The position numbers and the translations under genes are program-made. A stretch of 27,430 nt of DNA from NCBI GenBank assembly GCA_017479315.1, contig JAFVCI010000002.1:1-27430 (forward strand). Reading direction: 5' to 3'. Under the pieces are notes generated by a model that was not told the DNA's origin, ran no database searches, and worked only from the letters and a program-made list of their open reading frames with translations. Numbering within the stretch: position 1 is the stretch's first letter; each line of letters begins with the position of its first letter. This document shows positions 8,525 through 16,546 of this stretch, one piece after another. The stretch comes from Opitutales bacterium. GTDB lineage: Bacteria > Verrucomicrobiota > Verrucomicrobiia > Opitutales > UBA9783.

Positions 8525-8958
8525 CCCGACAACATCTCGGTTCGGTTGAACTCAACGCAACGGTCTGCGCACCGTTTGGGTGTTGTTGGATGGGCAAGTC
8601 TGCTCAAACAAGGCGACAGTCGGTTTTTGACGATGTTCCGTAGGCGTTCTCGTCCTCATCGTTAGTTACGGTGAGAGGGTGTGCGTCTGCCTCGCCGGAA
8701 GGGGAAGGATAGCCTCTTTGTCGAGGATGAAGATAAAGAAAGTTGCCGTGTTTCAGCTCAAACGAGCACAATACGGCGGTTGTGTGTCTCGCAAAACCGA
8801 TATTTCGCAAGTCTGCGGTATCGGGGTGTTGGGACACGCCGTTGTTTTATAGTAACAGAACGATAAACCCGGATGCCGTTCGGATTGGTTTATCGGCAGA
8901 AATTTATCCGAAGCAGGTGTTTTCGGTCGGTTTTTGTGTTTTTTCCGACTGAATTTTT
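8337..8958 (+). ncRNA. Candidate large structured RNA of unknown family (boundaries approximate; may start near 8255-8280)
   Basis: At least 12 near-contiguous stems found by eye, many with G-U pairs that form only on the plus strand. Examples: 8337-8351/8358-8372 (15 bp, 5 G-U), 8400-8409/8415-8424, 8526-8537/8578-8589, 8741-8752/8770-8781, 8782-8791/8830-8839, 8861-8869/8887-8895. Loop motifs repeat and the region ends in a terminator-like hairpin. Confidence 0.6.
8922..8958 (+). terminator. Possible intrinsic terminator closing the structured region
   Basis: 9-bp stem ttcggtcgg (8922-8930) / ccgactgaa (8945-8953) followed by ttttt. The loop is long (14 nt, T-rich), which is atypical. Confidence 0.4.
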
Positions 8959-9020
8959 GGTACGTCGCGGCGGATTTTGATTGTATTTTTACGAAAAGCG
9001 GTTTTAAATCGGGCAAACAG

Positions 9021-9431
9021 GTGGCAACTCCTAAGATAGGTCAGTGGTTTGAAAAGCAGGACTTCGGTCTGTTGCTGTTTCGCGTGCTTTTCGGGATCTG
9101 CCTAACGGTACACGGTGTGTGTTCGTTACGTAGCGGAGTGGCGTTAAAACACCTCGGCGAGGCGGCAACTGCCGTCGGTCTGCCGTTTTCGAGTGTATTT
9201 TGGGGCATTGTCGCTGCACTTTTGCTGATCGCCTGCGGAATTTTTACCATCCTGGGCTTTTATTTTCGATGCGCCATGGCAACCGTTCTGGTCATGGGAC
9301 TCATCGGCGCATGGCAACGGATGTCGCTCGCGTTCTTTTTTGTCTCGCCATACGCGCCTTCGGCGTTGATGATGTTCATCGGTCTGACGTTTCTGTTCAT
9401 CGGTTCGGGGCGTTTTGGCGTAAAAAAATAG
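9021..9431 (+). CDS. DoxX-family membrane protein
   Basis: Likely GTG start at 9021 (MATPKIG). DFGLLLFRVLFGICLTVHG, several TM segments and a C-terminal LFIGSGRFG are typical of DoxX. Confidence 0.75.
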   Translation: MATPKIGQWFEKQDFGLLLFRVLFGICLTVHGVCSLRSGVALKHLGEAATAVGLPFSSVFWGIVAALLLIACGIFTILGFYFRCAMATVLVMGLIGAWQRMSLAFFFVSPYAPSALMMFIGLTFLFIGSGRFGVKK

Positions 9432-9449
9432 GTAAGAAAGGATGATTTT

Positions 9450-10778
9450 GTGAAAATTCATAGTGAACCCGTCAGTTCGGTGGTACAAAAGGCAAGCGTT
9501 ACGTTTGATGCGAAGGAGTGCGAAGGGGCACAATTATCGGTGTTAAAGCGGTTGCAGGCAACGGCGACGCTTCCGGGATTTCGAAAAGGGAAAGTGCCGT
9601 TTGAGCTTTTAAAACAACGTCTCGGCGACGGTCTGGAAGCGGAAATACGTCAGGAACTGTTGCAGCGGGCGTTGCGTCAAATCAGAGACGAACAACCGTC
9701 GTTGAAAATTGTGTCCGTCACAAAGGCGGATGTTTCCGACAAGGATAAAGGGCGGTTGTTGGAAACGGAATTTGAAGTCGCACCGCAGTTGACGTTGCCC
9801 GATTACAAAAACTTTCCGCTGGAACCGATGAACATCGTTGTTTCGGAGGAAGAAAAAACCGCCTTCATTGATCGCCTGCGGAAGCAACACGCGACGTACG
9901 AAACGGTGGAGCGCGCGGTACAATCGAAGGATTACGTAAAGCTTTCCTACGAAGGCACCGTCGACGGCAACCCTATTCAAAGTTACGGAAACGTACCGTC
10001 ATTGTGGGGAAAGCAGACAGGCACTTGGGAGGAGGCGGATGCGAAGGACGGTTTCGGTATTCCCGAGATTGTTTCGGGACTGGTCGGTTTGAAAGCCGGC
10101 GACGAAAAGGATATTGCGGTGCATTTCCCCGAAGATTTTGCGGTTGAAGCGTTGCGAAAAAAGGAAGGTACCTATCACGTATCCGTTCTGGAGGTGCGAG
10201 AAGTCAAACTGCCGCCGTTGGATGAAGAGCTGTTTAAAAAGTTGCAGGTTAAAGATGCGGAACAGCTGACGTCTTTCGCCGAAGCAAGCATTCGCCGACA
10301 GAAAGAATACGAATACGCTTCCGAACAAAAGCAGCGCATTGCGGATTTCCTCATTCAGTCGGTCACAAGCGATCTGCCGCCGACATGGATTAAAAACACG
10401 ACCAACAAAGTTTTGCGGGAAATGGTGAATTTGTTTTCGGCGCACGGCGTCAAAAGCGAAGAGATGGAGGCGCAGAAGGAAGATTTGCACGAAAAGGCGC
10501 GAACGATTGCCATTGATCGCGTAAAGTTGAACCTTTGCTTCGAGAAAATTTTCGAAGAAGAAAAATTAAAGCTGGAAAGTCACGATTTTGATCCGATTAT
10601 TCTGCAGGAATCCCGCAGTTTGCGCATTCCGCCGAAGCAGTTGGTTCAAAAGATCCAACAGGACGAAGCCCTGCGCGAAGATATTCGCATGAAGGCGTTT
10701 CAGGCGAAGATGATTAATTGGCTCTTTGTTTTATTGTTCCGAAAGGCGCACCCGAACACCGAAACTTCCGCTTCATAA
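9450..10778 (+). CDS. tig: Trigger factor
   Basis: Ribosome-binding signature [14 protein letters not shown]-like middle domain ([13 protein letters not shown]), and tig-clpP-clpX synteny. Confidence 0.95.
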   Translation: MKIHSEPVSSVVQKASVTFDAKECEGAQLSVLKRLQATATLPGFRKGKVPFELLKQRLGDGLEAEIRQELLQRALRQIRDEQPSLKIVSVTKADVSDKDKGRLLETEFEVAPQLTLPDYKNFPLEPMNIVVSEEEKTAFIDRLRKQHATYETVERAVQSKDYVKLSYEGTVDGNPIQSYGNVPSLWGKQTGTWEEADAKDGFGIPEIVSGLVGLKAGDEKDIAVHFPEDFAVEALRKKEGTYHVSVLEVREVKLPPLDEELFKKLQVKDAEQLTSFAEASIRRQKEYEYASEQKQRIADFLIQSVTSDLPPTWIKNTTNKVLREMVNLFSAHGVKSEEMEAQKEDLHEKARTIAIDRVKLNLCFEKIFEEEKLKLESHDFDPIILQESRSLRIPPKQLVQKIQQDEALREDIRMKAFQAKMINWLFVLLFRKAHPNTETSAS

Positions 10779-10783
10779 TTGTT

Positions 10784-11398
10784 ATGCCCTACCTTCCCCT
10801 TCCTTATGTCTACGAGCGCGACGGTCGCGGCGAACGTTCGTGGGATATTTACAGTCGGTTACTGAAAGACCGCATTGTCTTTATCGGCACGCCCATCGAT
10901 GATTTTGTCGCCAATTCCGTCATTGCCCAGTTGCTGTTTTTGCAAATGGAAGACGGCAAAAAGGACATTCATTTGTACATCAACTGCCCGGTCGGAAGCG
11001 TGACGGCGGGCATGGCGATCTACGACACCATGAACTTCCTGCATTGCGACATTGTCACCTACTGCATCGGTCAGGCGGCGAGCATGGCAACGGTGTTGCT
11101 TGCGGCGGGAACGCCGGGGAAACGTTATGCACTCCCGAACAGTCGCGTCATGATCCATCAGCCGTCGGGCGGCGCAACGGGACAGGCGTCGGACATTTCG
11201 ATCGCCGCGAAGGAAATTCTCCGCTGGCGCGCCACGCTCAACGGCGTTCTTGCCAAACACAGCAGGCAACCGATCGAGCGCATTGAAAAGGATTCTGACC
11301 GCGATTTTTTCCTCACCGCCGAGGAAGCGCGCGCCTACGGTCTCATCGATCGCGTGATCGTCAATAACCCGCAGAAAACGGAAACCGCAAGCTCCTGA
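10784..11398 (+). CDS. clpP: ATP-dependent Clp protease proteolytic subunit
   Basis: Likely start ATG 10784 (MPYLPLPYV). [15 protein letters not shown], catalytic GQAASMA (Ser), VMIHQP (His) and DRDFF (Asp). Confidence 0.97.
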   Translation: MPYLPLPYVYERDGRGERSWDIYSRLLKDRIVFIGTPIDDFVANSVIAQLLFLQMEDGKKDIHLYINCPVGSVTAGMAIYDTMNFLHCDIVTYCIGQAASMATVLLAAGTPGKRYALPNSRVMIHQPSGGATGQASDISIAAKEILRWRATLNGVLAKHSRQPIERIEKDSDRDFFLTAEEARAYGLIDRVIVNNPQKTETASS

Positions 11399-12732
11399 TG
11401 GCAAAAGACGCAACGCATTGTTCTTTTTGCGGTCGTTCGGCGGATCAGGTCGAAAAGTTGATTTCTTCCCCCGACGGAAAAACGGGCATCTGCGACGAAT
11501 GCATCGATGTTTGTTGCGATATGCTCGACAAAGAGGAAGAAGAGGCGGAAGAGGTTTATTACGAAGGCGAAGAGGAGGAGCCGTCGTTTTCGAAGTCCAA
11601 AAAACAAAAAAAGCCGCTTCCGAAGCTGAAAATTCTATCGCCCAAAACCGTCAAAGGCGTCTTGGATGACTATATTATCGGGCAGGAGCACGCCAAAAAG
11701 ACTCTGGCGGTGGCGGTTTATAACCACTACAAGCGTCTGGTAACGCAAAAAGGACTGACGACCTTTGAAATCGAAGACGGTCTGCAACTGACGGATACGG
11801 TTCCGGAAGCTCTGAAAAACGTCGAAATCGAGAAAAGCAACATTCTGTTTGTCGGTCCGACGGGAAGCGGAAAAACGCTGTTGGCACGCACCTTGGCACG
11901 TACGTTAAATGTACCATTCGCGATTGCCGACGCGACGACGCTCACCGAAGCCGGCTATGTCGGCGAGGACGTCGAAAATATCGTTCTGCGGCTGTTGCAG
12001 GCAGCGGATTATAATGTGGAGCGCGCCGAAACGGGCATCATCTACGTGGATGAAATCGACAAAATCGGTCGCAAAACCAACAACGTTTCCATCAGCCGCG
12101 ACGTTTCCGGCGAAGGCGTACAACAGGCGTTGCTGAAAATCCTGGAAGGCACCGAGTGCAATGTTCCGCGCCGAGGCGGTCGCAAACACCCGGAGCAGGA
12201 ATACGTTCGCGTCAATACCTCCAACATTCTTTTTATCTGCGGCGGTGCGTTCGTCGGTCTCAACAAAATCATTGCCGAGCGCATGGGGCGCAACATCGTC
12301 GGTTTTGAACACAACGACACCAAAATCGACGAAGCGGAGGCGGCGTTCATCGAGCAAAACGTACAAGCCGAGGATTTAATCCAATTCGGCATGATTCCCG
12401 AGTTCGTCGGACGCCTGCCGGTCATTTCGGTGTTACGCGAGCTGACGGCGGAAGATTTAACCTTTATTTTAAAACAAACGAAAAACGCACTTCTGTTGCA
12501 GTACGAAAAACTGTTCGCGATGGAAAACGTTCAGCTCGTCATCGACGACGCGGCGGTAAAGGCGATCGTTCAACAGGCACTGGAGCTCAAAACGGGTGCC
12601 CGCGCATTGCGTTCCATCATCGAACGCCTGATGCTGGATGCCTTTTTTGCGGTTTCCGAAAACAAAACCCTTCGCACGGTACGCATTACCGAGGAAACGG
12701 TTTTGAAGCATACGGCTCCGATTTTATCGTGA
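11398..12732 (+). CDS. clpX: Clp protease ATP-binding subunit ClpX
   Basis: N-terminal C4 zinc finger CSFC...ICDEC, Walker A GPTGSGKT, Walker B IYVDEIDK, RDVSGEGVQQALLK, GARALR. Confidence 0.98.
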   Translation: MAKDATHCSFCGRSADQVEKLISSPDGKTGICDECIDVCCDMLDKEEEEAEEVYYEGEEEEPSFSKSKKQKKPLPKLKILSPKTVKGVLDDYIIGQEHAKKTLAVAVYNHYKRLVTQKGLTTFEIEDGLQLTDTVPEALKNVEIEKSNILFVGPTGSGKTLLARTLARTLNVPFAIADATTLTEAGYVGEDVENIVLRLLQAADYNVERAETGIIYVDEIDKIGRKTNNVSISRDVSGEGVQQALLKILEGTECNVPRRGGRKHPEQEYVRVNTSNILFICGGAFVGLNKIIAERMGRNIVGFEHNDTKIDEAEAAFIEQNVQAEDLIQFGMIPEFVGRLPVISVLRELTAEDLTFILKQTKNALLLQYEKLFAMENVQLVIDDAAVKAIVQQALELKTGARALRSIIERLMLDAFFAVSENKTLRTVRITEETVLKHTAPILS

Positions 12733-13508
12733 AGCACGCACGGCAACAACCGTGGGTGTACGTTGAGGAACTGCGAAGTGTTGCCTCCGTTCTGCCGTTA
12801 CCGACCGACGAAGCGCAACATGTCGTTCGGGTGTTGCGTTGCCGCTCGGGGGATAAAATTACGGCTTTTGACGGTTTCGGACACACGCGCGGGGGGCATT
12901 TGAAAATTGAAAAGAAAGACGTCTCCCTGCATTTTACGGAACCGTTGCAACCAACTCCCCAACCGACGCGACAATTCCAACTGTTATTGTGCCTCCCCAA
13001 TCACGTCGCAACGTTTGAGGAGATCTTGCGCAAAACGTGCGAACTCGGCATTCAAAGCATTCGACCACTGTTTTCGGAACGCACGGAACGTCTTCACTGG
13101 TCGCCCGATGTTTGGGAACAGCGATCGGAACGTTGGCGCCGAATTCTCATCGAAGCCTGTAAACAGGCAAAAAATTGCTTTCTCCCGCAACTTCACGCAC
13201 CTTTTTCTCTGAAGGAATTACAGACATTGCCCTTGGGATACTGTATTCACGGCTCGCTCGATACCGCTTCGTCGCCGCTGCCATCCTCCACACAAAATAC
13301 ATCACTTTTTGAAACATTCTCCCCTGCCCCGTCGGAAACACTCTTTTCGTGTCTCATCGGACCCGAAGGCGGCTTTTCGGATACTGAAGAAGCATTTTTG
13401 TCAAAAATCTCCCGCGGTATTCATTTACCGACCTGCGTTTTAAGAACCGAAACTGCCGTGGTGAGTTTGGTGGCGGTTTTGAAGGTTTGGGGCGGGAATG
13501 TGCGGTAA
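12729..13508 (+). CDS. rsmE: 16S rRNA (uracil-1498-N3)-methyltransferase RsmE
   Basis: QHVVRVLR, KTCELGIQSIRPL, ILIEACKQ, SPOUT motifs LIGPEGGFS and LRTETA. Confidence 0.93.
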   Translation: MKHARQQPWVYVEELRSVASVLPLPTDEAQHVVRVLRCRSGDKITAFDGFGHTRGGHLKIEKKDVSLHFTEPLQPTPQPTRQFQLLLCLPNHVATFEEILRKTCELGIQSIRPLFSERTERLHWSPDVWEQRSERWRRILIEACKQAKNCFLPQLHAPFSLKELQTLPLGYCIHGSLDTASSPLPSSTQNTSLFETFSPAPSETLFSCLIGPEGGFSDTEEAFLSKISRGIHLPTCVLRTETAVVSLVAVLKVWGGNVR

Positions 13509-13619
13509 AATTGTTTCCCTGCAACTTTTTCAGTATATTTTATTCGCTTTTTTGAAAAAACTTCCTGAATTTTTAAGAAAATACTTGCAAAACTCAAAAC
13601 TGCTCTTAAGGATAAAGCC

Positions 13620-14861
13620 ATGAGAACGGAATTAAAATCTCTCTTAAGATCGTGCGCCTTTTCGGCAGCTGTCTTACTTACAGGAGCCTCGGCGCGCGCG
13701 GATGAGTACCTATTGGCAGTCGTTCCTGTAGAAAACGACAAAGATCAATTTCAAATTCGTTGCATGAATATCGATAAACGTCAAACAGATGCGCTGTCTG
13801 TCACTCAAAACCTATGCGAAAAGCGGGTTTCTTTGGGAACATCCTCACACGAGGTTATGGTCAATTTAAATACACCCGAAGACCATACAAGTTTCAGTTT
13901 TGAGATTGGTTCCTTCAAATTTTGTTACACATTCAGTTCCTATGGCGGTGTTATCGAAATTACGGGCGGGGATGAGAGGGATTCTTTGCAGATACAAAAC
14001 CAGGTGGACAATCAGACTTTTAAAATTGACACAATTAAAGCAAACATGCTCTCGATTAAGAGAGGCAGCTATAAGACGGAAGTAATCAGGATGCGTAATT
14101 GTAATGCCAATACGGTTTTGCTTACGGATTACGATGTGTGTAATAGAACAGGGATACCGCTTTTGCAAACGAGCGGGGAAAATTACATACACAATCTGAT
14201 TTTGAATGGTGCTCATATCTCGAATGATGGCACGATGAAAGTGGATGGCATTTTTTGTAATACTAATGGTTCGATTACGGGTTGCTTTCCCGCAATTCTC
14301 CCGGAGACGAGCCATTCGCAAAATGCTTTTATTCTCCGTGATAAAGATTTAATAAATAATGGTTCCGCTCTGAAGGAAGTTGACTCGACATCCAAAAGTT
14401 GTACTTTCTTTAGCGACATTTCCGACCCTCGCGTTAAACGTAATGACTCATGTTATGAACTGCCTGAGGAAGGTTGTTACAGGTTTATACTTTTGGGCAA
14501 TTTTAAGTGTAGTAAAGAGAGATGTGGATATGCCCTTTTGAGGGAGCAGGATTTCCATCCGGTAGCGCACTTATCAGAAGTTTTCGGAACATATTTGAGT
14601 GCTTTTGAGCCGCCGGTAAGCGAGAAGTATACAAGAGAGGCACTTGTAAGTCTCTTCAAAAACGTAAAATCCGTGAACTTACAGATAGGGAAGCAGGATT
14701 TGAACCATACTTTTTATCAACCATGTGAATTGAAATGTGCTTCCATGGGACATGCGCTTGTTATTATACATGAAGATGATTTGCACCAAGAACCACACCA
14801 AGAAGAAAGCTCCCCTTTTTTCCCAAATGAAATAAAGAACGGACTTATACATCAGCGTTGA
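13620..14861 (+). CDS. Hypothetical exported protein (413 aa), lower GC
   Basis: Long open frame with an N-terminal signal peptide (MRTELKSLLRSCAFSAAVLLTGASARA/DE). Cys-rich. About 40% GC in sampled rows versus about 50% or more in flanking genes. No family recognised. Confidence 0.8.
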   Translation: MRTELKSLLRSCAFSAAVLLTGASARADEYLLAVVPVENDKDQFQIRCMNIDKRQTDALSVTQNLCEKRVSLGTSSHEVMVNLNTPEDHTSFSFEIGSFKFCYTFSSYGGVIEITGGDERDSLQIQNQVDNQTFKIDTIKANMLSIKRGSYKTEVIRMRNCNANTVLLTDYDVCNRTGIPLLQTSGENYIHNLILNGAHISNDGTMKVDGIFCNTNGSITGCFPAILPETSHSQNAFILRDKDLINNGSALKEVDSTSKSCTFFSDISDPRVKRNDSCYELPEEGCYRFILLGNFKCSKERCGYALLREQDFHPVAHLSEVFGTYLSAFEPPVSEKYTREALVSLFKNVKSVNLQIGKQDLNHTFYQPCELKCASMGHALVIIHEDDLHQEPHQEESSPFFPNEIKNGLIHQR

Positions 14862-15108
14862 AATCTTGCAACGATTTATATCGCATACTACGCGAGAATG
14901 CTCCTCACGGAAGAGGCGATTTTGGGTTGTTGCATTGAAAAGTTTTTAAAGTACGCCGTTGCGGTGAAGCACAGTGCTTTCTTTTAAAAGATACTTTTTT
15001 ACCCCACCGAACCGAAGTCCATCAAAACACAAAAACCTTTGAGCCGCTGAAACCGGAGAAAAAACCAAGGACTACGCACTAACAGACGTGAATTGTGTAA
15101 AAAAACGC

Positions 15109-15142
15109 AAAAAAACACACGCACGGTAAAAAACAACCGCGC
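15109..15142 (-). terminator. Probable intrinsic terminator downstream of rpmG
   Basis: On the minus strand a 7-bp stem gcgcggt/accgtgc (plus 15136-15142 / 15121-15127) lies about 30 nt after the rpmG stop, followed by gtgtg and T-tracts. Confidence 0.45.
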
Positions 15143-15169
15143 CACCCTTACCGGACAACCAACCGCCCC

Positions 15170-15340
15170 CTACCCTTTAATCTCTTTATGCAGGGTGCGA
15201 CGGCGCAAGAACGGATTGTACTTCATTTTTTCGACTTTTTCCGTCTGCAATTTCTTATTGCGCGTCGTCATGTAACGTGAAGGAGGCTTTCCTTCTTTGC
15301 GTGCTTCGGTGCATTCAATAATTACGGTTTCCCTGGGCAT
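15170..15340 (-). CDS. rpmG: 50S ribosomal protein L33 (56 aa)
   Basis: Manual translation gives [56 protein letters not shown], with the L33 pattern RY.T.RNKK...KYNP.LRR.TLH.E. Below the ORF-track size cutoff. Confidence 0.95.
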   Translation of the reverse strand: MPRETVIIECTEARKEGKPPSRYMTTRNKKLQTEKVEKMKYNPFLRRRTLHKEIKG

Positions 15341-15466
15341 GCTTTATAAAGAACGCATTTTTGTCTTTGTTTCAAGATAAAAATACCGCATCCGTCACCA
15401 AACGTGAAAAGGGGCGTTTTTATGGAACAATCCGAAAACGCCCCAAACGTCTTGAGCTCCGCAAAA

Positions 15467-15748
15467 CTAGAAGGCACTGTAGCCGTTACGGGCATCTTCT
15501 TCCTGTTGCTCACGGATCTGCTTCTGCATGTCCTGGGTGTAGCGACGCTGCGAAGCGATCATTTGGTCAAACATGTAGCGCATATTGGACTCTTTCATTT
15601 TTTGGCGACGCTCCTCGAACGTTAACGGCTTTACGTCGGTCTGCGCCAAGGCGTTTTGTTCGGGAACGTTTCCCGAAACGGGAACTTCGGGTTCCAAGGC
15701 GGGCATAGCCGACGGCATATAACAGTTGTTGACGGATGAGATGGACAT
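15467..15748 (-). CDS. Small hypothetical protein (93 aa); possible T3SS substrate
   Basis: Likely start ATG 15748 (MSISSVNNCYMPSAMPALEP...). Ser/Pro-rich N-terminus and Q/E/M/R-rich helical C-terminus. Fills the gap between rpmG and the divergent GlmU-like gene. Confidence 0.65.
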   Translation of the reverse strand: MSISSVNNCYMPSAMPALEPEVPVSGNVPEQNALAQTDVKPLTFEERRQKMKESNMRYMFDQMIASQRRYTQDMQKQIREQQEEDARNGYSAF

Positions 15749-15813
15749 AGGTTTTTGAATTTGACTGTTTCTCTCGTATATCGTACGTTTTTTGTGTTTC
15801 ATTCGTTGTTTTT

Positions 15814-16521
15814 ATGACCGACGGTATCCGTGCATCGCAGTTATTTCAAAGTCTCCCTGCCCATTGGTCGTTCAAGGAAGTTTTCTCCTTAGAACAGCCG
15901 ATACACACCTGGATCCCGTTGATTACGGAGGCACTACGATGTTTTTTCGCCGAATGCGAACCGTCGCAATGTATTCACAGCGAACTCCCGTCGCATCTTT
16001 CCGTCACGGGCGATGTTTATATCGGTCGGAACGTTTCTCTTCCGCCGTTCGGAACGATCGAAGGTCCCGCCTACATTGACGATGAGTGTATTTTGCGCCC
16101 GAGCGTGTATATTCGCGGAAACGTTATCGTCGGTCGCGGATGTGTTTTGGGTAATTCCTGCGAATTCAAGAATTCCCTTCTTCTGGAACACGTTCAGGTA
16201 CCGCATTTCAATTACGTCGGCGATTCGATTTTGGGCAACGGCGCGCATTTAGGAGCAGGATGTATTTTGTCAAATTTGCGCCTGGATCAACAATGTGTTT
16301 GCATGCGGACGCCGACGGGAGAAAAAATCCCGACTGGGTTAAAAAAGCTCGGCGCTATATTGGGCGACGGAGCGCAGGCGGGATGCAATTCGGTGTTGCA
16401 GCCGGTATCTTGTTTATTCCCGAACGCCGTCGTTTATCCGTGCGAATCTTTTAAGGGAACGCGCCTTGCCAAAACAGCAAAAGAAGGTCTTTCCCGAACG
16501 GACAAAAATTCGTTACAATAA
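15814..16521 (+). CDS. GlmU-like left-handed beta-helix acyltransferase (stand-alone LbH domain)
   Basis: Hexapeptide repeats (GPAYIDDECILRPSVYIRGNVIVG), NSCEFKNSLL, VPHFNYVGDSILG, HLGAGCILSNLRLD, KLGAILGD match the acetyltransferase half of GlmU. No N-terminal nucleotidyltransferase domain is visible. Confidence 0.8.
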   Translation: MTDGIRASQLFQSLPAHWSFKEVFSLEQPIHTWIPLITEALRCFFAECEPSQCIHSELPSHLSVTGDVYIGRNVSLPPFGTIEGPAYIDDECILRPSVYIRGNVIVGRGCVLGNSCEFKNSLLLEHVQVPHFNYVGDSILGNGAHLGAGCILSNLRLDQQCVCMRTPTGEKIPTGLKKLGAILGDGAQAGCNSVLQPVSCLFPNAVVYPCESFKGTRLAKTAKEGLSRTDKNSLQ

Positions 16522-16546
16522 AGGAACAAAAATGCAATAAACCGCC

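Noticed and set aside
8690-8712. SRP-RNA-like CCGGAAGG tetraloop or cobalamin-riboswitch-like GGGAAGG
   Set aside because: The flanking SRP symmetric loop (CAGG/AGCA) and the cobalamin core elements are missing.
8525-8900. RNase P RNA or tmRNA as the identity of the structured region (the size fits)
   Set aside because: No GAGGAAAGUCC or ACAGAA.CCGGCUUA P4 strands, and no tRNA-like GGGG...TTCGA...CCACCA ends on either strand.
8296-9016. Other track ORFs in the structured region (8296-8643 +, 8604-8837 -, 8681-8866 +, 8753-9016 -)
   Set aside because: No SD, atypical composition, mutually overlapping, and no recognisable motifs.
14867-14934. 68-nt three-stem, tRNA-like fold after the orphan gene
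   Set aside because: Stems are only 4-8 bp, there is no D-arm, TTC T-loop or CCA, and such folds are expected by chance.
14967-14990. Palindromes aagcacagtgctt and cttttaaaag as operator sites
   Set aside because: Short, single-copy, and located between convergent gene ends.
15070-15085. GACTACGCACTA resembling the tmRNA tag (YAL)
   Set aside because: Not followed by AA-stop, and no tmRNA ends nearby.
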